Assembly: GCA_944322875.1 (NCBI GenBank)
Contig: CALUQI010000001.1
Coordinates: 3,467 to 67,466 of the forward strand
Direction: 5' to 3'
From: Candidatus Gastranaerophilales bacterium
GTDB lineage: Bacteria; Cyanobacteriota; Vampirovibrionia; Gastranaerophilales; Gastranaerophilaceae
DNA: 64,000 nt
The translations under genes were made by a program, and so were the position numbers. Shown here piece by piece: positions 28,488-37,829 of this stretch. Each line of letters starts with the position of its first letter. The first letter of the stretch is position 1. The notes below the pieces were generated by a model. It did not search any database. It worked only from the letters and a program-made list of their open reading frames with translations, and was not told the DNA's origin.

Positions 28488-29016
28488 TATAATTTTACTT
28501 GCTTTTGCTTTAGGGATAGATTGTTTGGTGGTTTCCTTTTCTCAAGGACTTATATTTACGAAAAACAGAATTAAAAATTCGTTGTTTTTAGCCTTTACTA
28601 TGGGATTGTTTCAAGGATTTATGCCTTGTATCGGTTTTGCTGGTGCCGATTATGTTTACAATCTTGTACAACCGTTCAGTAAATGGCTTGTGTTCGTAAT
28701 TTTTATTCTTCTCGGGTTTAAATTTATATTAGAATCCTATAGCGTAAAGGAACAAAAAATTATGTGCATAGGTTTCAAATGTCTCTTGGGATTGGGAATT
28801 GCAACAAGTATAGATGCTTTGGTAGCTGGAGCTGGCCTAAATTTTACCCATGCTCCGATTCTTCTATCGGTTTTTATTATTGGCTTTGTGTCTTTTATTA
28901 TGTCGTTTGCCGGATTTTGGTCAGGAAATCTTTTAAAAACTTTTCCTTCTCAACATCTCGAGATTTCAGGCGGTTGTATATTAATTTTTCTTGCTTTTAA
29001 ATCGTTGATTTTTTAG
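28462..29016 (+). CDS. mntP: Manganese efflux pump MntP
   Basis: 184 aa. Six TM helices. Duplicated DUF204 motif (ALGIDCLVVSFSQG and GIATSIDALVAGAG). Overlaps the end of the previous gene. Confidence 0.75.
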   Translation: MRWKLNLFDIILLAFALGIDCLVVSFSQGLIFTKNRIKNSLFLAFTMGLFQGFMPCIGFAGADYVYNLVQPFSKWLVFVIFILLGFKFILESYSVKEQKIMCIGFKCLLGLGIATSIDALVAGAGLNFTHAPILLSVFIIGFVSFIMSFAGFWSGNLLKTFPSQHLEISGGCILIFLAFKSLIF

Positions 29017-29091
29017 GTTTGGGCATGCCTTTTGTGCCTGAATAAGGCAATATTTCTGAATATTTTACATTTCTTAATAAGATTCAAAATC

Positions 29092-29123
29092 ATGAAAAAC
29101 CATGTTATGACATGGGTTTTCAT
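29092..29123 (+). other. Strong hairpin in the mntP 3' region (possible terminator)
   Basis: ATGAAAAACCATG-ttatga-CATGGGTTTTCAT, 12 of 13 bp paired, followed by ggTTTaaaatcTT. Confidence 0.35.
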
Positions 29124-29243
29124 GGTTTAAAATCTTAAAATCATGTAATAGCTTAATTAAAGCCTTAATTGACAGTCCAAAATCGGCTGTATAGCAGTGA
29201 TAGCGGATGTTGTTACAAAACTTCATAACATCATGTCCGCCCC

Positions 29244-29271
29244 TTGAAAAATAATACTTATTCTCTATAAT
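29244..29271 (+). promoter_or_regulatory. Near-consensus sigma70 promoter for the small-ORF/hpf unit
   Basis: TTGAAA (29244..29249), 16-nt spacer, TATAAT (29266..29271). Confidence 0.5.
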
Positions 29272-29386
29272 GTTAGTATAAAGAGGTCGGAGATAGTTGA
29301 TACAAGCGACCTAAGGGGTGGAGTAACGACAGTTTTGCTGTCGCTATCGCTCATGTGTATGTAGAATAATTTGGAGATTATATAAA

Positions 29387-29608
29387 TTGTTTAGAAGTAG
29401 AGATATGGGTAGAGCGGTTGCTGTAAGAAGATGGACTCCGACGGCACTTGAATGTTATAAGAGAGGTTGCAACTGTGAAGGTTGTTTTTACAAGGATTTT
29501 TTCAGCGGATCATCACAAAAGTGTCAGATGAAGGCATCTGTATTGGAATTGGTTAGAGTTATTGGAACTCCGAATGTAGAATTGCCTCAATTTATTATTG
29601 AAGATTAG
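29387..29608 (+). CDS. Small basic Cys-rich hypothetical protein (C-x4-C-x-C-x2-C-x12-C)
   Basis: 73 codons from TTG 29387 (GGAGA 9 nt upstream), or 67 codons from ATG 29405. Visibly more G+C-rich than the neighbouring sequence. I recognise no family. Confidence 0.5.
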   Translation: MFRSRDMGRAVAVRRWTPTALECYKRGCNCEGCFYKDFFSGSSQKCQMKASVLELVRVIGTPNVELPQFIIED

Positions 29609-29673
29609 CTTGGTACCCCTTTAAAAAATAGACGGATTATGTTATACTGCGGTTATAACAATGGAGGTTTTAG

Positions 29674-30045
29674 ATGCACATTTACGTAAACGGAAGAAAT
29701 ATTGAAATTACTGATGCTATTAAGGCTTATGTAAAAGAAAAGATGGGCAAAGTAGCAGCTCATTACGATCAGATTCAGGGAATTGAAGTTGTACTATCGG
29801 TAATCAAAAATCCTGCAGCATCAGGAAAGCATGTTGCGGAAGTGTCTTGTAAAATGTCAACTGGCGTGATACGTTGTGAAGAAGCTGCTGAATCAATGTA
29901 TGCAAGTATTGATTTATTGGCAGATAAACTTGCTCGTCAGATTGAAAAATATAAAGGTAAGACTCTAACACCGGGGAAAGAATCTATACGCATGGATGCG
30001 GTAGAAGAAGATATTGAAGATGACAAAGAAGAAGTTGTAGAATAG
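29674..30045 (+). CDS. hpf: Ribosome hibernation promoting factor / ribosome-associated inhibitor (short HPF/RaiA)
   Basis: 123 aa. N-terminal MHIYVNGRNIEITDAIKAYVKEK and LADKLARQIEKYK match the sigma54-modulation/S30EA family. GGAGG RBS. Confidence 0.85.
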   Translation: MHIYVNGRNIEITDAIKAYVKEKMGKVAAHYDQIQGIEVVLSVIKNPAASGKHVAEVSCKMSTGVIRCEEAAESMYASIDLLADKLARQIEKYKGKTLTPGKESIRMDAVEEDIEDDKEEVVE

Positions 30046-30056
30046 TTATAATAAAG

Positions 30057-30081
30057 AGCACCTTTAATAAGGTGCTTTTTT
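30057..30081 (+). terminator. Rho-independent terminator after hpf
   Basis: AGCACCTT-taat-AAGGTGCT followed by TTTTT. Confidence 0.75.
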
Positions 30082-30223
30082 AGTGCGAACTTTTTGAAAA
30101 TATTTTGTACTAATCTGATAAAACCGTATTAATCAAACAATTGTTTACATATTGTAAAATATTTACATAGAAATGTTGTGGTTGTATTATTATAAGATAG
30201 AGTCAGACTTTGAGGTAAAATAA

Positions 30224-31546
30224 TTGGTAGAAAAGTTTTATATAAAAGGTGGAGCACCATTGAAAGGAGAAGTTTTTATAGGCGGGGCAAAGAATTCTGT
30301 CTTAAAGCTTATGGCAGCTTCTCTTTTAGCAAAAGGTGAATCAAAAATATATAACGTTCCGGATTTAACAGATGTTGAAATTATGCTTCAGGTTATAAGC
30401 AGTTTGGGTGTTAAGACCTCATATGACAAGTCAGAAAGATCCTTAACAATAGATGCAACTGAAATAACAAGCATAACTGCGAAATATGAACTTGTAAGTA
30501 AGATGCGAGCTTCATTCAATGTTCTGGGAGCACTTGTTTCAAGATGTAAGGAAGCAATTGTTGCCCTGCCGGGTGGCTGTGCAATAGGAGAAAGACGCGT
30601 TGATTTTCATATAAAGGGCTTAGAATCACTTGGCGCCAAGTTAAAAATAGAGAATGGATATGTTCATGCGAAAGCAAGTAAACTTGTTGGAGCAGAGATA
30701 TGTTTGGATCTTCCTTCGGTTGGAGCTACAGAAAATTTAATGCTAGCGGGGGTACTTGCAGATGGTTCAACAAGGATTCAAAATGCTGCTCAAGAACCGG
30801 AAATTGTTGATTTGGCAAATTTTCTCAACGCTATGGGAGCTGACATTATAGGAGCCGGAACCTCTGAAATTGTCATAAACGGCGTAAGACAAGAGGATTT
30901 ACACCCGATTGAATATACGACCATTCCCGACAGAATTGAGGCAGGAACTTACATGGCTGCTATTATCGGGACTAAAGGGAAGGCTGTAATAAGAAATATT
31001 TATCCTGCACATTTATCGTTTTTTACAGATAAGTTATTAAAAATGGGTGCAAATATAAAACTTGTTGATCCAACTTCCATTGAAGTAGCTTGCAAAAACA
31101 GACTAAATTCAATAAATTTTGTAACTCAACCATATCCGGGATTTCCTACGGATTTGCAATCAATGGCAATGACATTGTTAACAACGGCAAACGGAGTCGG
31201 AATTATTACGGAAAGTTTGTATGAAAATCGTTTTATGCAAGTTCCTGAACTTAGGAAAATGGGTGCAGATATTCATCAAGACAGGAATCATGCAATAATA
31301 AAGGGTGTTAAAAAACTTTCCGGAGCAATTCTTAGTGCAAGTGATCTTCGAGCCGGGGCATCTTTGGTTGTTGCCGCATTAATGGCGGAGGGTAATTCTG
31401 TTATTGAAAAATTACATCATATAGATAGAGGATACGAAAATTTTGAAAATAAGATAAGATTGTTAGGAGGCAAAATAGAGAGAAAAGATGAAATAGTATC
31501 TCCTGTTGAGCTTACGGAGGAAATGCGAAATGAGTCCTACATATAA
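30224..31546 (+). CDS. murA: UDP-N-acetylglucosamine 1-carboxyvinyltransferase
   Basis: 440 aa. GAKNSVLKLMAASLL, active-site loop PGGCAIGERRVD, EPSP-synthase-fold repeats. TTG start with GAGG upstream. Confidence 0.9.
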   Translation: MVEKFYIKGGAPLKGEVFIGGAKNSVLKLMAASLLAKGESKIYNVPDLTDVEIMLQVISSLGVKTSYDKSERSLTIDATEITSITAKYELVSKMRASFNVLGALVSRCKEAIVALPGGCAIGERRVDFHIKGLESLGAKLKIENGYVHAKASKLVGAEICLDLPSVGATENLMLAGVLADGSTRIQNAAQEPEIVDLANFLNAMGADIIGAGTSEIVINGVRQEDLHPIEYTTIPDRIEAGTYMAAIIGTKGKAVIRNIYPAHLSFFTDKLLKMGANIKLVDPTSIEVACKNRLNSINFVTQPYPGFPTDLQSMAMTLLTTANGVGIITESLYENRFMQVPELRKMGADIHQDRNHAIIKGVKKLSGAILSASDLRAGASLVVAALMAEGNSVIEKLHHIDRGYENFENKIRLLGGKIERKDEIVSPVELTEEMRNESYI

Positions 31547-31871
31547 ACGTTGGTATGATCATGATCCGTTGCTATTGGAAGTAATTGAGCTTTTGCGGAA
31601 TTATCAAAATGAGTTAAGAGCTCAAGCTGAGGTTTTTTTACAAAAAATTGAAGAAAAAGTTTCAAAAGAAACTATAGATAAGTTTTATGCAATGGTAAAA
31701 CCTGTTAATGCTAACAATCGTTGGTACGATAAGGATCCTGTTATTTCTAAAACAGTTGAGATTTTAAGGATTGTTCCGCCCGAAGCTCAGAAAATTTGTG
31801 CTCAAAATTTTATAAAAACCTTAAAAGAAATGGGAATTGACTATAAAAGTTCTAATACTTCTCAACAGTAA
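31530..31871 (+). CDS. Small hypothetical protein with an internal RWYDxDP duplication
   Basis: 113 aa from ATG 31530 (GGAGG 8 nt upstream). Overlaps the end of murA. Two copies of RWYD[HK]DP-x6-[IV]E[LI]LR. Confidence 0.55.
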   Translation: MSPTYKRWYDHDPLLLEVIELLRNYQNELRAQAEVFLQKIEEKVSKETIDKFYAMVKPVNANNRWYDKDPVISKTVEILRIVPPEAQKICAQNFIKTLKEMGIDYKSSNTSQQ

Positions 31872-34800
31872 TGCTTAATATAAATTGTTCATCCGGTGAA
31901 AAATTTTCACAATTTAGAGATTATATATCGCAGTCACGGTCTTTTGCCGTGACGGGGTTGACGTCTCTTTTAAGATTATTGCTTATTAAAAATGTTCGTG
32001 AATATTCCAAAAAGAAGCTGATTTTGATAACCTCTACAGAACAAAATGCTTTAAGATTTCAAAATGATTTTAAAAAAGCATTTAATATAGATTCAGCAAT
32101 AATTCCTTTTCAAAATATTTCTATGTACGAAGGTATATCTTCTAATCTTTATGAATATTTTGAACAAATAAAAATTTTGCTTAGCAAACCGGATATAATA
32201 ATTTGTCCTGTTAAGACTCTTCTGGAAAAATTTCCGGATGAAAAATTTTTTGAAGAAAATGTTTTTAAAATAAAAATAGGTGATGAATTAGACCTCAAAG
32301 AATTAAGTAATAAATTGGTAAACCTAGGTTACAAACGAGCAACAATGGTTAGTGATATTGGTGAGTTTAGTATAAGGGGTGATATAGCTGACATATTTTC
32401 GCTTTCTGACAGACCGGTCAGAATAGAATTATGGGGCGATGAGGTTGTTGATATAAGATATTTTGATAACGAAACTCAAAAATCTGTTGAAAAAACCAAA
32501 GAAACTGAAATTTTTCCTGTATACAAGTTTGTTTTGGGCGATAACAGTTATAAATTTAATGATGAAGAAGAAGGTTATTTTGATGGAATAGAAGTATATC
32601 AAAGTTTTTTCAATTCTAATTTGGTAAGTGTTTTTGATTATCTAAAGGATTATTTAATTGTATTTGATGAAACATCGGAAATTTATTCAAAATATGAATT
32701 TGTGTCTGATAATTTTCAAAAACAATACGAAGAAAATCTAAAACTGGAGCTTATCAAGCCGTTAAAAGACAAAAATCATTTTGATTTTGATTATTTTTTG
32801 CGTAAAACATCTTATTTTGTGAAAATAGGATTAAATAATTTTATTGATGGGGATATGGATGATATTATAGAGTTTAATTCACAGCCCCTGCAAAATTTTG
32901 AAGCTAATTTGGACCTAATTGCAAATTTTATAAGAGAAAAGCAAGATTACAGGATTATCATAGCTACAGATTACCCTGAACGAGTTAAGCAAATTTTTTC
33001 CGAGCAGGAAATCTTCAACGTAGAATATACAGAAAGTCTTGCAAGTACGGGCTGCATACTTGAAGATTGCAAGACGATAATAATGACGGACCGTGAATTA
33101 TTTAATAAACGGTCAAAAGAGATTACTGTTTCAAAGCGTTCATACTATAAAGAAAAGCCTGAATATATAGAAAACATAAATGATATACAAGAAGGCGAAT
33201 ATGTAGTCCATACAATTCATGGTGTTGGTATATACAGAGGTTTAAGCCAACAAGAAATAGACGGACAATTAAAAGACTACCTTACAATAGAATATGCAGC
33301 AAAAGACAGATTGCATATTCCTGCAGAACAAGTGAACATGCTTGTAAGATATCGCGGCTCCGGAAATATAAAACCAAAATTGTCAAGAATGGGCGGCAAG
33401 GATTGGGAAAACACTAAATCAAGGGTAAAGAAAGAAGTAGAAGCCGTAGCATATGATTTGTTAAGACTTTATGCAAAACGTAAAATGCAAAAAGGTATCC
33501 AATTTTTACCAGACACAACATGGCAGGTAGAAATGGAAGAGGCTTTTGAATATGTTGAAACGCCTGATCAGATGCGTGCAATTGGTGAGGTAAAAGCCGA
33601 TATGGAAAGTGATCAACCAATGGACAGGCTTATATGCGGAGATGTGGGTTTTGGTAAAACAGAGGTTGCTATGCGTGCAATATTTAAGGCTGTTACATCG
33701 GGGAAACAGGCTGCGGTTGTTGTTCCGACAACGATACTTGCACTTCAGCATTTTCAAACAATATCAGAAAGATTTAAACCATTTGGAGTTCAAGTAGAGC
33801 TTATGTCACGTTTCAGAAGCAAAAAAGAGCAAAAAGAAACAATAAAAAATCTTGCTACAGGTGCTTGTGACGTTGTAATAGGAACACACAGACTTTTACA
33901 AGACGGCATTGTATTTAAAGACTTAGGATTATTGGTTATTGATGAAGAACACAGATTTGGAGTAAGACACAAGGAAAAATTAAAAAAATTAAGAGAAAAT
34001 ATTGATATAATAACAATGTCTGCAACCCCGATACCAAGAACTCTTTATATGTCTTTGTCAGGAATAAAAGATATGTCTGTTATTAATACTCCTCCAAAGA
34101 ACAGACTTCCCATCAAAACTTACGTTGGGGAGTGGAATGAAACTATGGTAAAAAATGCGATAATTCATGAACTTGATAGAGAAGGGCAGGTTTTTTATTT
34201 ATACAATCGCGTTGAAACTATTGAAGAATTCAAATTCCACCTCCAAAAGCTTATTCCTAATGCCAGAATTGCTGTTGGTCACGGACAGATGGATGAAAAA
34301 CAACTTGAAGAAGTTATTATTGATTTCGCTAACAGAGAATATGATGTTTTACTGGCGACAACTATTATTGAAAATGGTATAGATATTCCAAATGCTAATA
34401 CAATGATTATTCATGATGCTGACAGATTTGGTCTTGCACAACTTTACCAACTAAGAGGACGTGTGGGACGATCTCAAAGACAAGCTTACTGTTATTGTTT
34501 TTACAGAAAAAGTAAAGAATTAACCAAAGATGCTATCCACAGGCTTAGAGCGATAAAAGAATTTACTACTCTTGGCAGCGGTTATCAAATTGCACTAAGA
34601 GATGTTGAAATACGTGGTGTAGGCAATATACTCGGTACAAAACAGCACGGACATATGATTAATGTCGGATTTGATACATATTGTCAGCTTTTGGAAGAAA
34701 CAGTTCACGAATTGCAGGGTGAACATATAGAAAAAAACACGCCTTCTATAGTCGATATAAATATAACGGCTTTTATTCCGGACGAATGGGTCGGTTCTGC

Positions 34801-35215
34801 AGAGCAGAAGATGATAGAATACAAACGGCTGGCGGATGTAAAATCCAGACTTGAATTAGATTATATTACTGAGGAGTGGAAAGATAGATTCGCAAAACCG
34901 CCGCTTAGTGTTGAAAATTTAATAAAATTAATCAAAATAAGGCTCGCGGCAACTGATGTTAAAGTATCCTTAATCCGTGAAACTCCCCAAAATATCAGAA
35001 TTTATACACCATATACACAACCTGAATGGAATCTTATCCAAAAAGCTTTGCCAGGTAATATCTTGAAAAAAATTAAATTTACTGTTGCTCCAAAGTCTTG
35101 TCAGGATGGAAATTCCATAATCTTACTAAATAATGAATATATGAATTTTGATGAAGTATTTAACATTTTGACAGATTTGTTCTATTATATGTATAAAGTT
35201 AGTCATGAATATTAA
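31871..35215 (+). CDS. mfd: Transcription-repair coupling factor
   Basis: 1114 aa. UvrB-homology N-terminus, CarD/RID region (EGEYVVHTIHGVGIY), SF2 helicase motifs (GDVGFGKTEVA, DEEHRFG, LRGRVGRS), TRG motif. Confidence 0.95.
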   Translation: MLNINCSSGEKFSQFRDYISQSRSFAVTGLTSLLRLLLIKNVREYSKKKLILITSTEQNALRFQNDFKKAFNIDSAIIPFQNISMYEGISSNLYEYFEQIKILLSKPDIIICPVKTLLEKFPDEKFFEENVFKIKIGDELDLKELSNKLVNLGYKRATMVSDIGEFSIRGDIADIFSLSDRPVRIELWGDEVVDIRYFDNETQKSVEKTKETEIFPVYKFVLGDNSYKFNDEEEGYFDGIEVYQSFFNSNLVSVFDYLKDYLIVFDETSEIYSKYEFVSDNFQKQYEENLKLELIKPLKDKNHFDFDYFLRKTSYFVKIGLNNFIDGDMDDIIEFNSQPLQNFEANLDLIANFIREKQDYRIIIATDYPERVKQIFSEQEIFNVEYTESLASTGCILEDCKTIIMTDRELFNKRSKEITVSKRSYYKEKPEYIENINDIQEGEYVVHTIHGVGIYRGLSQQEIDGQLKDYLTIEYAAKDRLHIPAEQVNMLVRYRGSGNIKPKLSRMGGKDWENTKSRVKKEVEAVAYDLLRLYAKRKMQKGIQFLPDTTWQVEMEEAFEYVETPDQMRAIGEVKADMESDQPMDRLICGDVGFGKTEVAMRAIFKAVTSGKQAAVVVPTTILALQHFQTISERFKPFGVQVELMSRFRSKKEQKETIKNLATGACDVVIGTHRLLQDGIVFKDLGLLVIDEEHRFGVRHKEKLKKLRENIDIITMSATPIPRTLYMSLSGIKDMSVINTPPKNRLPIKTYVGEWNETMVKNAIIHELDREGQVFYLYNRVETIEEFKFHLQKLIPNARIAVGHGQMDEKQLEEVIIDFANREYDVLLATTIIENGIDIPNANTMIIHDADRFGLAQLYQLRGRVGRSQRQAYCYCFYRKSKELTKDAIHRLRAIKEFTTLGSGYQIALRDVEIRGVGNILGTKQHGHMINVGFDTYCQLLEETVHELQGEHIEKNTPSIVDINITAFIPDEWVGSAEQKMIEYKRLADVKSRLELDYITEEWKDRFAKPPLSVENLIKLIKIRLAATDVKVSLIRETPQNIRIYTPYTQPEWNLIQKALPGNILKKIKFTVAPKSCQDGNSIILLNNEYMNFDEVFNILTDLFYYMYKVSHEY

Positions 35216-35230
35216 ATAAGGAGAAATAAT

Positions 35231-36367
35231 ATGAAGGGACAAAAATTAATTGCAACATTGGCAGTTTCTGCGGTGTTGTTTGCCGGTTGCGGTTTGAAAT
35301 CACACGAAGCTGTTATAAAAGTTGATAATAAAGTTATTACTCAAGGTCAATTTGACGAAGCTTTTGATAAACAAGCAAATAATTCCATGTTCGCAAAAAT
35401 GGGAATTAATATTAAAGAAAATCCTAATGGGTTTATGTATTTGATGATTAAGGAAAGAGTAGTTAATGAGCTTATTATTAAAACACTCTTGGATGAAGAA
35501 CTTGCTAAACGTGATATTAAGGTTACAAAAAATGATGTCGATGAGGCTGTAAAAGATATTATTGATAAAGTAGGTTCAAAAGAACAACTTAATGTAATAT
35601 TAAAACAAAATGGGATTTCAGCCTCTCAATTCAGAAAAGAATTAGAAGAAGAAGTTAAAATGAAAAAATTGGCGTTACAATTAGGCAAAAGTGATGTTTC
35701 AGATGCAGAAGCCGAAAGTTTTTATAAAGCAAATATAGATAAATTTAAATATCCGGAAAAAGTCAGAGCTTCTCACATATTAATTTCAGCTAATCCTGTT
35801 GAAATTGAAGAAATAATAAAATCAGATTCAGCAAATAAAGATTTAACTCCGGATGAGATTAAGGCGAAAGTTAATGAAGAAATTAATGCAAGAAAAGTTA
35901 AAGCTGATAAACTTTACAATGAAGTAAAATCGGATATTGATAATTTTGCAAAATATGCAAAAGAAAATTCTGATGATACAACAACCGCAGTTAAAGGCGG
36001 TGATTTAGGATTCTTCGCCAAAGAAGAAATGGTTCCGGAATTCTCTAAAGCTGCATTTTCACAAAGACCTAATACGGTTTCTCCTGTTGTAAAATCACAA
36101 TATGGTTATCATATTATTTTAGTTACTGACAGAATGGAAGCAGGTCAGGAACCATTTGAAAAAGCTAAGTTTGATATAAAAAATTATTTGACTAACCAAA
36201 AACAACTTAAACTTCTTGATGATTTAGTTGAATCTTTGAAGAAAAATGCTAAAATTGAATATGTTAATTCTGATTACGATCCTAAAAACATTCAAAGTAA
36301 ATTGCAAAAAGAAGTTAAACAACAAACAGAAAATTTAAAGCAAGAAACTGATAAAACTCAAAAATAA
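35231..36367 (+). CDS. Parvulin-type peptidyl-prolyl isomerase lipoprotein (PrsA/SurA-like)
   Basis: 378 aa. Lipobox LFAGC. Parvulin domain (ASHILI...GGDLGFF...GYHIILV). Confidence 0.8.
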   Translation: MKGQKLIATLAVSAVLFAGCGLKSHEAVIKVDNKVITQGQFDEAFDKQANNSMFAKMGINIKENPNGFMYLMIKERVVNELIIKTLLDEELAKRDIKVTKNDVDEAVKDIIDKVGSKEQLNVILKQNGISASQFRKELEEEVKMKKLALQLGKSDVSDAEAESFYKANIDKFKYPEKVRASHILISANPVEIEEIIKSDSANKDLTPDEIKAKVNEEINARKVKADKLYNEVKSDIDNFAKYAKENSDDTTTAVKGGDLGFFAKEEMVPEFSKAAFSQRPNTVSPVVKSQYGYHIILVTDRMEAGQEPFEKAKFDIKNYLTNQKQLKLLDDLVESLKKNAKIEYVNSDYDPKNIQSKLQKEVKQQTENLKQETDKTQK

Positions 36368-36371
36368 ATTT

Positions 36372-36402
36372 AAAAAAAGCACCCGAGAGGGTGCTTTTTT
36401 TT
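36372..36402. terminator. Bidirectional rho-independent terminator (PPIase / cysS)
   Basis: A7-GCACCC-gaga-GGGTGC-T8. Confidence 0.8.
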
Positions 36403-36405
36403 GGA

Positions 36406-37779
36406 TTACTTAGCTTCAAGAACAGTTCCGTCTTTTGAATCTTTTACCAGAATTCCACTTTCATCAAGTGCTATACGGATTTTATCCGCTATTTCCCAAT
36501 TTTTTTCGTCACGTGCTTTTTTACGGAATTTAATTAAATCTTCTATATTATCAAAAGTTTCTCCCAATACAACAGATACATGTTTTAATGCATTTTGAAT
36601 CTCTTCTGATGTAAGTTCTAACTTTTCAAAATTAAAACCAAGAACATTTGCAAGTTTATATAGTGTCGTGTATGCTTTGTCTTCATTTTTGTTTGATTTG
36701 TTCACAAGATCAAATAATACAGCTAAGGCTTTTGACGTATTTAAATCATCATCCATTGCTTCGACAAATTGACGATATTCTGCTGTCGTGGTTATATCAA
36801 ATCCGTCATCAATATTTGTTCTTTTGGCATTCATTAAACGTTTTACTCCTGCTTGAGCAGAAGATAGTGCTTCATCAGAGAATTCTACAGGCATCCTATA
36901 ATGATTTGTTAAGATGAAAAATCTTATTGTGTTTGAATCATATTTTTTTAACAATTCATCTATTGTTAAAAAATTTCCTAAGGATTTTGACATTTTTTCT
37001 TTGTTAATGGTTACAAAACCGTTATGAAGCCAGTAGTTTACAAATTTACATCCATTGGCACATTCTGATTGAGCAATTTCGTTTTCGTGGTGTGGAAATA
37101 TTAAATCAGCTCCACCTGCGTGGATATCAATAGTTTTTCCTAAAAATTTTCGACTCATTGCGGAACACTCTATGTGCCAGCCGGGACGACCAATACCCCA
37201 CGGGGATTTGTATCCGAATTTTTCATCTTTTTTCCATAGTGCAAAATCAAGCGGGTCTTCTTTACTTTCTCCGATTTCTATTCTGGCACCGCTTTCTAAC
37301 TGATCAATCGGTTGTTTTGATAAATGACCGTATTTGGAAAATTTTTTCACCCTGAAATATACATCACCATTTGATTCGTATGCATAACCGTTTTTTATCA
37401 AATCCTTTATTATAGATATCATTTCTCCAATAGTTTTTGTTGCAAATGGTTCTATATCAGGTTTTAATGTGTTTAGTGCTTGCATAGAGTTTGTAAATTG
37501 CTTGTACCAGTACTGCGAAACTTCTTCAGGTGTTTTGTTTTCAGTTGTAGCTTTTTTTAATATTTTATCATCTACATCAGTTACGTTACGGCAATATGTT
37601 ACTTCATAACCTTTGAATTTTAAGTACCGATAAAGAACGTCCCATGTGATGTAACATCTGGCATGCCCTAAATGAGCATAATCATATACCGTTGGTCCGC
37701 ATACGTACATTTTGACTTTGTTTTCTTCCAATGGGATGAATTCTTCAATTTTGTTGGTGTATGAATTGTGTAATTTCAT
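36406..37779 (-). CDS. cysS: Cysteine-tRNA ligase
   Basis: 457 aa. Class I motifs HLGHARCY (HIGH) and KMSKS. Confidence 0.95.
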   Translation of the reverse strand: MKLHNSYTNKIEEFIPLEENKVKMYVCGPTVYDYAHLGHARCYITWDVLYRYLKFKGYEVTYCRNVTDVDDKILKKATTENKTPEEVSQYWYKQFTNSMQALNTLKPDIEPFATKTIGEMISIIKDLIKNGYAYESNGDVYFRVKKFSKYGHLSKQPIDQLESGARIEIGESKEDPLDFALWKKDEKFGYKSPWGIGRPGWHIECSAMSRKFLGKTIDIHAGGADLIFPHHENEIAQSECANGCKFVNYWLHNGFVTINKEKMSKSLGNFLTIDELLKKYDSNTIRFFILTNHYRMPVEFSDEALSSAQAGVKRLMNAKRTNIDDGFDITTTAEYRQFVEAMDDDLNTSKALAVLFDLVNKSNKNEDKAYTTLYKLANVLGFNFEKLELTSEEIQNALKHVSVVLGETFDNIEDLIKFRKKARDEKNWEIADKIRIALDESGILVKDSKDGTVLEAK

Positions 37780-37781
37780 TT

Positions 37782-37826
37782 AAAAACCCTCTTTTGTTTA
37801 CATTATATATCAAACAAGAGGGTTTT
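37782..37826. terminator. Long hairpin between the 163-aa ORF and cysS (terminator-like on both strands)
   Basis: AAAACCCTCTTttGTTT-acattatatatc-AAACAAGAGGGTTTT. Confidence 0.5.
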
Positions 37827-37829
37827 AAC

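Noticed and set aside
28764-29000. 78-aa + strand ORF inside mntP in another frame
   Set aside because: It is an alternative frame of a gene whose main frame shows the duplicated MntP/DUF204 motif. It has no independent support.
29092-29130. 12-codon mini-ORF MKNHVMTWVFMV
   Set aside because: It is formed by the two arms of a hairpin, with no RBS. The structure explains the sequence better than coding does.
37780-37829. T-box or other leader riboswitch upstream of cysS
   Set aside because: Only about 50 nt separate cysS from the upstream gene, far too short for a T-box. The single long hairpin is best explained as the terminator of the upstream 163-aa ORF.
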